A stretch of 64,000 nucleotides of DNA from Phoronis australis. Lineage: Eukaryota > Animalia > Phoronida. The stretch lies in the NCBI GenBank assembly GCA_002633005.1, contig NMRA01000233.1, positions 124,001 through 188,000 on the forward strand, given 5' to 3'. Positions 53,410 to 64,000 of this stretch are shown here, in pieces; positions within the stretch are counted from its first letter, which is position 1; every line of letters begins with the position of its first letter. Both the position numbers and the translations under genes were made by a program. Under the pieces are notes generated by a model, which was not told where the DNA came from, made no database searches, and worked only from the letters and a program-made list of their open reading frames with translations.

Positions 53410-54613
53410 TTATTTCAGCACTTGTCTGTATTGAGATGCTAACTATTCATCCGAAAACTGATTTTCAATGCATTGCTATGCAAATCACCAACAAATCTGC
53501 ACCATGTTATATTTTATCAAGCGCCTTGGTAATTTATGGTCGAGCTTCAATAAACTTAGTGTAATTTATATGATAGTCTGAAATGATTCAAAGCCCCTGA
53601 AAAGACCTCTACTGCAAAGGTACCAAGCAACTATTGAATGGAACGACTTGCAGTTCTGCACTTTGCCACAATTTGTTTTTTACACAGACCAACTTAAAGA
53701 ATGTTGGGTCTGTTAAGATCTGTTGTGTCATTATTACAATAAAAACTCAATAGATTGCTCTTTCTGGGCTTTGGTGGCTTTTCGTGGTTAGGGAGCCCAC
53801 CTTCCGCTTCAGCACAGTAAAAAAAAAAACGCTGCCGTCATTTAATTCAGAAGTTGCGGTTAATAGCTAGCTTATTATTTTATTTAAAAGGACTTATTCT
53901 TGTTAAAATGACTTGGGCAAGAAATCCATTTTAGATTTTCAAAAAGGGAGCCTCACTTTTGAGGCTCGAAAATGAATTTCTGCTTATGTCATTTTAATCA
54001 GAATAAGTCATTTGAAATAATAAACTATGGGTCGTGACATTCATGATACATGGAAGTCCGTTTTTTTTTAGATGAAAACAAGTAATGCTTGGAGTACAGA
54101 GAATAAATAGTTTGGTTTTGTACTCTAGCAGAACATAACAGACTGAGTGTATGAAGCATGGCGTTGTGAAATATAAAGCCTGATGACTGTAACTTTGTGG
54201 GGGTATTGACGAGTGGCAAAACTTTTGGCTAATAATTTTCAAAGTGGCTAAAAGATATCACATAATATAGCCAATTTTGCTAAATACGTTGAAATGTCTA
54301 GCGCGACCCTAGAATGACCAACAGAGATTCACATTGCGGCTCTAAACAATATTGTTTTGAAATGAATCTCGGTTTTTCTTGTGAGGTAAAACATTTCATG
54401 CGATCAATATCGAATACGGTGCATCACACTAAACATAAGATTTTAAAAAAATAATCACAAGTGATACAGAAGAGAAAGTTCCTTTTCCACCTTGCTCTTA
54501 GCTACTTATGAACAACACAGTGAGAGTCAACATCAGCCAAAACAGCAACATGGATGTCGTATCAAAAATATGGTTTTACTACATTCCGTTGTATCCTTTA
54601 AATCCAGTTGAAC

Positions 54614-56072
54614 CAAGGAGTGTAGTACAATAGGTGTGTTCACTCCACCATCTTGCCATTCGCCGCAATGGCTATCTGTCGAAAAACTAGCGCCCCAAGC
54701 GGGGAATAAACGACACTTAATTTAGCGGCAGAGTTCGAACCATGTAAATTTACTGTGTGATTAAAATGGGTAAAATACGTAAACTAACATCTACTTATAA
54801 TCGAATGAGAAAGAAAATGTGTATTTTAATTACTGTTAAAGTGTATTTGCTTTCATTCTCTTGAAGTTCTCTTCAAAAGCCATCATGGTTTTGTTTCATG
54901 TTTGAGTTTTTAATAAGGCAAATTACCGTTCCTAATTACATTTCATACCTCCAAGGACTACATAATTTAAGTGATTACTCTTGGGGTTCAGAAGGCAATT
55001 GCCCCCAGGTGCCAGGAAGGGGGTTACGTGGGAGGAGTGCAAAACGGGGGAAAACCAGGTGGGCGCCAAATGGGTTTTGACCCCCTCCCAGTGGGTACAT
55101 GGTAGAAGGACTAAACAGGTAAAAACCAAATGGTGCGCCACATGGGTGCTGCACATTTTGGTAGCTAGGTCCCTCTGACCATTGACAAGTGTGCTGACGT
55201 GGTGATAAGATTTGGCCCTCGTTTTGTGCATGCCCCCAAGGACATTTTGAAATGACCGGTGTCCATGCCCCTGTGGTTATGTCAGTACCATCCTGGGTAT
55301 TTTCCAATTTTTCATTACATGTTGCTCCCACCTCACTGCTGACGTCATCTCCACCCAACACTTTCACTTGTGTTCCATATTCAATGCACCAGGCTACTTG
55401 GAATGCAGACAATTGTTTTGTGCAGTGGGTGTTACACAAGTAAGAAGAAGAAGGCAAGGCAATTCATCACTATCACAACATTGTAATCCATTCTGATGCA
55501 CTCTCACATTTAATTTTAGAACATTCCATTATTTCTTAGTGGCATGCCAGTACATGATAAACTCCTCACCCTTCCACTATAACTACCAATAGTTACAAGT
55601 CAGTTGCTAATCTGTACAATAGCTCACAACTTACATACCATATTAACATTGAGTATATCATCACTCATAACTAGCCAAAGTTGCAAAATGTCACGTCAAA
55701 ATATTTTAAGAGGTACTGAACAGCAATCAAAATATTCACTGCCCACACACCTCAGTGGCCTGCACTGCAGACAACAGTGGCACCGGGACTGCGTTCGACT
55801 TGCCTTACAACTGTGAACATACAAATGAAAGACAGTGCATCATATTATTGAATAACAAATAATCCTTACCTTTCTGGAACCTTAGGAAACGTAAAAAATT
55901 TCAGTTCTGGTGTTTTCGTGGATGAATTTATGCAATTTATTAGCTGCAAAAGGTGCTCTTTGCCACTGTTCTCGCGCTTCGTGCTTGCTTATTCGCTACT
56001 TGGTGGCACTAGTAGTAGCGATAACAGCGAAGTCACAAGTGAACTCTCCTACGTATTGTACTACACTTCTTG
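54614..56072 (-). mobile_element. non-autonomous P-superfamily DNA transposon (1459 bp) with a THAP-domain remnant
   Basis: TIRs caaggagtgtagtacaata..ggtgtgttcact / agtgaactctcc..tattgtactacacttcttg; 7-bp TSD gttgaac at 54607-54613 and 56073-56079; CA...TG termini. Confidence 0.8.
55870..55966 (-). pseudogene. frameshifted THAP zinc-finger exon remnant (transposase N-terminus)
   Basis: minus strand reads (V)AKSTFCS/-INCINSSTKTPELKFFTFPKVPE(R)|gtaagg with a 1-nt frameshift; C-x4-C...FFxFPK.PER fits the THAP N-terminal pattern. Confidence 0.65.
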
Positions 56073-59000
56073 GTTGAACGTCTCAAAATCCAGTGCCGGG
56101 TGTAGCAGTTGCTTTTTGTATGTCTCATGTTGACGCAATGGCATTGGTTGTGCAGTATTTTGTGCACGTGCATCTGCTGCGTCATCTGATGTTGTTAGCA
56201 CTAGACGGTCCCATCTTCTGACCTTAGGTAATAATTCACAATTTACAATTTGTCAGTTGTAATTATTTCCCCTCAAGGAAACCACCGCAGAACGGTTGCC
56301 ACGGCAACATGGTCACACTAGTGAAGACGTGACATTTACTCGTCTCTGCCTCGTAATAATCTTTGTGGTTGACCTTGAGCGGCTAACCGCCTCCTCTTCT
56401 AGCCGTGACGTCTCCGACGAAGATTTATGAGATGTCCCTTCCTTACACGCTTTTGTGTGACCTGAGTGATCATCACCGTCACTATGGATGTGCAAATGGA
56501 GGCTCTGCAATTAATTTTCTTTTCCTTTGTCTCATAAGATGTCGATTCCTCGGTGACTTGGTGCTCAACTCTCTCTCTTTCTCTCTCTCTGTCTCTGGTT
56601 TGAAATAAACAAATGAGATTGCGACATTGGTCTATTCATGGCTGACATTTATCGTCTTGGGGAGAACGTGACGCATGGCACAACGGGATTTGATAAGTGT
56701 TTATCCCTCCTTGTGGTGTCTCTCTTTGCCTCATCATCAGTTAGTCCCGTTAACTATGTACTCTAACCAATTTTTGACTGAAATGATTGTTATTGCAATG
56801 ACACAAAACTCAATTTGGTGCTGCATATCTTTTAGAAAATTGAAGTAACTTTTCCGCCACAGTGTCTCTTAGATTAGTGAGATTTTACTGCACCTGGTTA
56901 TGTTGATTAACGAGGGAATTGGTTTTAAGTTATTGCATTTATCCGCGTTATCGAGTAAACGCATGGGGGTGAAACCAGGGGCACTTGAATATAGTTTCGA
57001 CGGGGAGTGCAGGTGGAGAATTGGGGTACCCAGTGTACCCACCCATTTAGAGAATACCCATTTGTAGGAAGCTGTTACGAAAACGTCTGGCATTCTCCGT
57101 AGGGCTTTCTTGAAGAACACCCCCATTTTGTTGGAGTTATTTGTAAACCTAGTAACCTTGTCACAGGGAATCTAAAAGGGCTGCCAAATTTTGACCTCAT
57201 TCAGCTTGAAACAGTACAAGAATAGATAGGGTGTTGTTGAAACTGAGTACATCTTTCGACTCAAAATTTATTAAATCATGATAATGGAAATCCATCTGTT
57301 GTTTTTGTTGATGGAATAGGAGCCGTTGAAGTTTCCGAAACTCTAAAGTGGACCCATGGGTAATTGTCGGAAAATACACATTTAGCTTGGAATTGTGTCT
57401 GAAAAGGCACCGTTTTGGAGGGAAACTGGTCTTGGAAAGTTGCCCTTTTGAGTGTCATGTCCTGTATGCATGCTTTATAATTTTGAATGATTACAGGATA
57501 TTTCCTCATGCTATGCAAAAGTCAGAAGTTTATATATCCAAGTTACCATATTGATGTTGTACTGTTTTGCAAGTACCTTTACATGAGATTGTGACCAGTC
57601 ATGTTCCTAGCTTCAGACCATTTTCCTGATTGGTGTGTGCAGTCACTGGCCATGTGGACAATAAACTATGGCAAGGAAATAGCCATTATCAGCTAAGCAC
57701 CTTCTGCAGTTGATTTCGTAAGCAGCTACCAACTTAATTGTGGATTTTCAAAACGAGGAAATTCTCTAGTTAGGAACGTGAAAAGAAGATGAAGCTGTTT
57801 TTTTTTTCAATCTGTCAAAACGCCTTTTGCAGTTGTCACAATGAAAGTTGTAGCTAAGGGAAGAATACTGGGACCCACCTGAAAGTTTACATAAACTTTT
57901 TTGACATTCAACTGTACTCGCTTTGTTTGTAAAGGCAGTTTGAGATGAACACCATGTAGCAAACATGGTTCAATTGCACCACGCACCTAGTTTTGTGACT
58001 ACGAAAAGCCTGTTCTCAACTTCGAAACACAACATTTGTGGCTCTCACGTGCACGTCAAAGCAACATTTATTGAGACATAGGGACATCTTTTGCTAAAGC
58101 AAATATCTAGGTTCCTAGTTAAATACTCAAAAGTGACACAAAAATGAAATCAGTTCTGGTAAGTTGCACATAATCGTGTAAAAAGAAGCATTTAAAAAGA
58201 AGCAAGTCAAAAAGCACCGTTAGTATTTCATGGCGCTCAAAGTGAACACATGTGACCAGTCTCTCCAGACAACAATTATGGTATCCGATTTTGCTTGTTC
58301 CAGGAAATGTGCAGNCCACTATTGTAAAATCGCACCAACTTTGTACAAAAGTAACTGCCAGTATTGTCCCTGTTTCATTTTACAAGGGTTCCTAATATTG
58401 TTGCGAATGGCCTCATTTTGTCCAGTGTTGTCCGTTGGTTGCTATGATACAGTATTTGACCATGGCAGAGGTTATTTTGGTGCTGCATAGTTCTATAGAA
58501 AAACAAGAAATTAAAATCCAACTTGATTGTCGTATTGTGTCCTAAATTGGTGGTGATTTTACCATAGGTTTATGTTAGGTTATTGTTTGGCTTAATTTTT
58601 ACCCAGAGCTGTTGAATGCTACTGTTATGCTGCTATGACACAGTCTTGTCATTGCCGTGTAAATTCAGTTGATGGGCACGACATGAGCTAGTTACCTAGT
58701 GCCCAACTGGACACAGCTAAATTTTACTCAAAGCAGGTGTGATTGGTCAACTTCCTTTGAGTCTCAACTAAAGTTTGTTGATCAAGTGCACACGGGTACG
58801 TTTCATGAAAGTGACCCAAGACAGAAATTTGGTCTTCACAATTGCGAGAGAACATCACTCTCTGGAAATGTTTTATAGAAACTGTCTCTGTAACTGGCAG
58901 GTATTTGTACACTCAGGAACTTATGCACTTTGGCTCAAGTGAGATGTAATAATAGCACAAGACCACATTTCTGACTGAAGTCTTCAGTCACTTTTCATGA

Positions 59001-59254
59001 AACAGAACTCTACCGTCGGGTCCCGGATCCTACCTCCAAACTCAGACTTGATTCAGATTCAGGCTTGGACTCGAAACTAACCAGTCACGCGACATGATTT
59101 GAGAATAAAATTAATTTGTAACTTTACTCGAAGCGTGTCATCTCATTGGTCAATTCTCAAGTTGAGTTTTGAGTACAGAAATTGAACCTCAGGTTCAGAG
59201 TTCTTAAATTGCAGTATGTACATTTTGTGATGCCATACACTTGTTTCTTTTCAG

Positions 59255-60432
59255 GCAAAAGCCCCCGGCGACGCGCTACTAGCATGGACACTAAAGCATA
59301 CGAGAAGAAGCGTGGTCGAGCCAAGAAGAAAGTGGACCAACTACGCGCCGCCCTGGAGGCAGGCCACAGTCCTTCCTCGCCCATCTCGGAAACGGGCGAC
59401 TACTCGCCACTACCCTCGTTCACGCTGAGCCCGTCAGACTTCCGCCCACGAGCCAGCTCTAATGCCAGCTCCTGCGGCCGACTTTCACCCATCCCCGCCA
59501 TCGAGCCGGACTTGCACGACTCCCAGGTGCCGTCCATGTCACCAATCCCCTGGGGCAACGACGGTATGGGGAGCTGCGGCAACCTGAGCTACAATTCAGA
59601 CTACACTGACCTTACGGAAAATTTTGGTGACGTGATGACCCTGGGTGAGCTCCCGTACAAGGACAGCCTGGGCCCGCTCAGCGAGGTGCGCTCCATGGGT
59701 TCCAACAGCTCCATACCACAGATGCTGAGCTCATATGACACATACTCGACTGGAAATGAATACGACTTCAGTATGCCGCCACCACCCTACCCATCCAACC
59801 CTTCGCCCAATGTCCTGCAGCAGCAACAACAGCAGCAGCAGCAGGTCACAACCAATGGCAACACGGGCAATACGTACATCAATCTGACCAGTCCGCAGGT
59901 ACAGGACATGTACAGCCAGGAGGCGCTGGTACGCCAGGACCCCATGATGAGCAACACGCTCTCCAACAGCGTGACGGCCTTCCGCACCATCAATGGCGTC
60001 AGCCAATCGCGCATGTCCGGAGGGTCGGTGGTCGCCAGCAGTGTCTACCAGAATGGGCGGGGCATGAGCCCGGTGCAGCAGGCCCGTCCCCAGCAGCCAG
60101 TGTCCGACTCGCTGCTGCGTGCTGCTCTCACACAGAACACTCAGAAGCAGGCTCCGTCGTACGCTTCGGCGCAGGCGCCGACTATACAGATTAACATGTA
60201 CTCCCAACTGAACACCAACAACATGCAGCCAATGAACTATGGTATGATGAATAGTGGTGGCGGTGGCGGTCTCAACTGCTTCCCCTCTGATCTGGACTTT
60301 ACTCTGGACGCCCTCCAGCCGGAGGGTCTAGAGTGTGACGTCAACCAAGTTATACAGCACGAGCTGAGTGTTGACGGCAATCTGGACTTTGCCTTTGATC
60401 CCTCCACGCCGAGTCACAACGTCGTGCGTTGA
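59255..60432 (+). CDS. FOXO: FoxO coding exon 3 (Akt sites 2 and 3, NLS, PPxY, polyQ, C-terminal transactivation motif)
   Basis: tttcag|gc aaa agc; [60 protein letters not shown], stop TGA. Confidence 0.98.
59818..59844 (+). repeat. CAG/CAA tract encoding Q9 in FoxO
   Basis: cag cag caa caa cag cag cag cag cag. Confidence 0.95.
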
Positions 60433-62304
60433 CCTACCAGCCAGACATATCAACAGTGGCTTGTGTGTATTAGCCATGTGTATTTTTGTACATTGCGAAG
60501 ACTCAAATGAAAACGTTGCCCATGACGATGTGCTGGTGATTGGGCAGAAGTCAGTGAGACGTGATTATGTAAGGGTGGGGCTGGTCTGCCAAAGGATCAC
60601 CAAGCACACCAGGAAATCAGAAAACTGCAGTGCACAGGGTGGCAACTAGAATAGATAATCTTCAGGGATTACAGCAGTCTTTATGTACTCACTCTACAGT
60701 GGGACTGTCTACACGGTCGCCATTTACGATAGCTGAAAATCAGGTTGTAAAATGTCATCTTTGAATCAAGCTTGGTAATTAATTTCTCGTGATTTTTGTT
60801 GTGGCTGGCTGCATATCTGTATAATTGGGTACTTAGCTGAATATTGATCAAGCTTGGTTGAGCCTTACTTGGTATTTTTCTCCAAGCTTGAGATACTTTG
60901 TTTCCTTCCTATTCCTTCTTGTTAAGCTGTTAAGCTTAGAAAAATTGGTAAATCGGGCTTGTCAAAAAGCCTTGAATAAGCTTGATGGGCTAGTCTCTTT
61001 TTCAGTATTGAATACCAAGCTAGGAAAATCTTGCCTCTTGGTACCTTCTGCTCTGCGAGCTTGAATAAGTTTTGCTATGTCAAATTCTGTCATCAGAATG
61101 AGCGCATCCCATGCCCTGTTCATGTGTGACAGGGTAGCTGTGCTGTGCACTGAGATGCACTCTGATAAGAACGTCATATCACTAGTAAGGTTATGCAAGC
61201 TTGGTTTGGAATTGCGAATAAGGTTGGCCGAAAAAAGTGAGAATAATATTAGCCAAGCTAGAATAACATTGTCCAATCTTGATTGCATAATCTTGTCGAT
61301 AAGGATCATCCAAGCTTGATGAATTTACTGCAGTAAGGTCTGCCTCCCATGGGAGCTATTGCCTAACTGAGTGGAATTGTGCGATCACAGTGCAGTCAGG
61401 TTTTGTAATTAATTGTCCAATTAACAGCTCCTGTTGATGATCCTACAACTGTGGTATAATAGGCATGACGTGGCACGTATAATGCACCTTGATTCCGTGT
61501 ATTATCAATCTCGAGGGAGTGTTAGAATTTGACAGGTGGCTCTCGGTTAGCCTCAGTGTTGATGATTTTGGAAAACACCTGGGTGGAAGTTTTTGAAAAT
61601 CAAATGGGTACTATTTAGCGAATATTTCGAGTGCTTGGTTTATGTGAGTAAATTTTTATCAGTGTGTCCATTCCGCGTAGTAGTTTCTGCCATGATATCT
61701 CGAAAATCTGCCGTCAGTCGTTTAATATTCCCTGCGCAGTACTGTCTCGATGTTCCCTCTGTTTTTGTCAAAACTGACAGTTGTCTCTTGTGAGTGCTTT
61801 TGTTTTGGATATCTGATTCCTAAAGCTGTTCCTGTTCTCTTTTTATGTGTCCACGTGTTCATATGTGGGTGCATGTTGCCATCATCTCTGTCTGGTCGCC
61901 GGGCATCCGCAGCTGTAATCTGACACCTTCCAGATGAATCGACTGCTGCTGTTCCCCCTGGTGGCAGTTATAGCGTTTTACCATTGTCTCTGTGTAGCTT
62001 TAAAGTTCCTTGATGGATTTTCCTAAAATTTGTCCAATAAGTTTCTAGTGAGGACAAAACAGCACCTATTTGCCTATAAATGTGACGAAAGGTACCAACT
62101 TTTTTTCAGATGGATTTAACCACAGCTAGGCTTTGTTGTGTCAATTATATTGTTTCATCCTTGTCTCTGTATCTTTGGAGTTCCTGGATGAATTTTCATG
62201 AAATTTGACAAATAGCTTTCCATTATGCAGACCAGAAGGCGCTCCCATTTTTGGATGAGTTTGACATATTCTGCACCATGGAGTGGCTGTTTTTGTGATG
62301 CTTA

Positions 62305-62458
62305 CCGTACTCGTCGGGGTTACCGCCCTGGGCACTTAGATTGGGAATTAAAAAACGGGGTTGGTGGTAAGCCGAGGATGGGCGGTTAAAAATGAAAAAA
62401 ATGAAATTTCAAGGGTGGGCAGTATTCCGAGCATGGGCGGTAACCCGGATGAGTTTGG
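62305..62458. mobile_element. 154-bp Tc1/mariner-like MITE, related to the 32659-34199 element
   Basis: TA|ccgtactcgtcggggttaccgccc ... gggcggtaacccggatgagtttgg|TA; shares gccctgggc(a/g)ctta(g/a)attggg with 32679-32699. Confidence 0.75.
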
Positions 62459-64000
62459 TATAAACACTCTGTGAAGCACACCATTAGTGATGTTGTGGTG
62501 GACGCATTTCACTGCTTTCTCTTGCTCTGGTTTATTTTGGAAGGATTTTTTACTATTATAGACTTCTACTATATTACTTAGGTGAGGTGGTTCTGGATGC
62601 TTGGCATCTGTACAAATCGTTGCTGTATAAACTGTGCCATGATTTGACAGTCATTGGGACTGTTGGAAAACTAGCCTTGTATAACTAAGTGCTGTACATA
62701 GATCATTGAATAGATTTTGTATCACCTATCTAGGTTACTGCATCTATTGTATAATTAATGGAGGGTCTGTATTATGGTGATGACTCGGCCGCAGTGGATC
62801 CAAAAGGGTTTAGGGAGGCTCCGACTAGCTTGGACAATTTTGTGTTGCTGTAGTGGAGGGTATAGAGTACTCCCGCCTGCTTATTGGCATACCCCCCCCT
62901 CTCTATTCAAGGACAGGAATCCACGCCTGTGATCACTACCACAGGAGAGTGGCTGAAATTGGTGGAATGGTGATTTCTGTGAGGGTTACCGTGTAGACTG
63001 TGTCTTAAGGTTAAGAAATTGCCGATCTGTGGCCTGCCCCTAGGTTCCTTGATGTTGGTCATTGTATGCATTATATGTTGTGTGGAAGATGCAATGTTAT
63101 ATATGTGCTGGTAGGAAACTGTGAATAGCTTCACTTTTACAGAGACTTGTATATTTTTTAACAAAATGTAATCTATAATTTTTTTGCCTAATAATGTTTA
63201 ATTGAATATGACATTTATCACGTGTCCTGCTCACCGGTTCGCTTCGGGAGCGATTGGTTAATTTTGTGTGTAGTCTAGGCAACTATATATAAAGTTATGA
63301 GCATTGGTTTATTGGAGTAATCGTGATTTGTAGAGGTCAGTGGCGTTGTAAAATTTTACATTTCAAGTGTCGCCTTGACTACGAACCTATGTCGCCCTTG
63401 GCAACCAAAACGAGCCTAAGGTGTGCTAGCCAGTTATATCACTTAACCTATTTCCAAAAGTTATCCTGAATTCTGTTACCTAACTGAAAAGCGCTGTGTT
63501 TCTGGCACTTGAAAATGGCACACGTGGGTTTTATAGGTTTAATATTAAAGCGTGAGGTGACGGCCGTCGGTCGACTATTTACACGATTGACCGGAGTCCA
63601 GCTTCCGTGTTGTACGTCTTCAGGGTAGCGTAATACTCTGGCGAAACAACTGCTTGTTTGGCGTCATCTTGGGGTTTTAATTCAACGCAGTTTTTTGTTT
63701 CGTGAAACCGCAGGCTTAGGTAAACCTCGTGTTGTTCAGTTTTGTACATAGTTCATGTTTTATCGCTGTCTTTTAATTTTGTATTTTAGCGTAGTCGTGA
63801 AGGTTCGGTGACGTAAACATCTTGTTTTCTTTTGTACTCTTAAACCAATTCATTGGGAAATTAGTTGTCTTGACGTTATTTATACAGCCTAAGTACAGCT
63901 GGGATCAGGGGAAAACACTGTTTGCTGTCAAGTTGGGGAGTCACGAAACTAGAAAATTTACGCAAGCAAATCGGTGTTAAAAATTTACCTTAAAAGAAAC

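Noticed and set aside
58972-58990. Perfect palindrome tgactgaag-t-cttcagtca
   Set aside because: A single short inverted repeat without supporting context.
59400-60207. Antisense ORFs (including poly-L and poly-C tracts) over FoxO exon 3; likewise 5084-5759 over AMBRA1
   Set aside because: Shadow ORFs of GC-rich coding sequence and the CAG tract.

Overview
AT-rich, intron-rich genomic DNA from a metazoan, probably an invertebrate bilaterian (inferred). The draft assembly has single-N joins and one 53-N gap. Two + strand protein-coding genes were reconstructed by hand from GT-AG splice sites with consistent phase. (1) An AMBRA1 orthologue, truncated at the 5' end by the window edge: 13 coding exons at 1462-15345, 2799 nt in frame, about 932 aa, with a split WD40 propeller, a long Ser/Arg-rich insert and a TQT motif. 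(2) A complete FoxO gene: 3 coding exons at 21001-21414, 48517-48622 and 59255-60432, about 565 aa, with three Akt sites, a forkhead domain and a C-terminal activation motif. Introns carry TIR DNA-transposon relics (Harbinger-like, Tc1/mariner-like, hAT-like, Kolobok-like and a P-superfamily element with a THAP remnant), minisatellites and haplotype-overlap duplications. Most ORFs in the supplied track are spurious. The best unexplained signals are a dense CAAGCTTG palindrome cluster in the presumed FoxO 3' UTR, degenerate repeats of the AMBRA1 C-terminal coding tail after its stop codon, and a possible micro-exon non-coding (snoRNA-host-like) gene between the two genes. No prokaryotic-type system such as CRISPR is supported.
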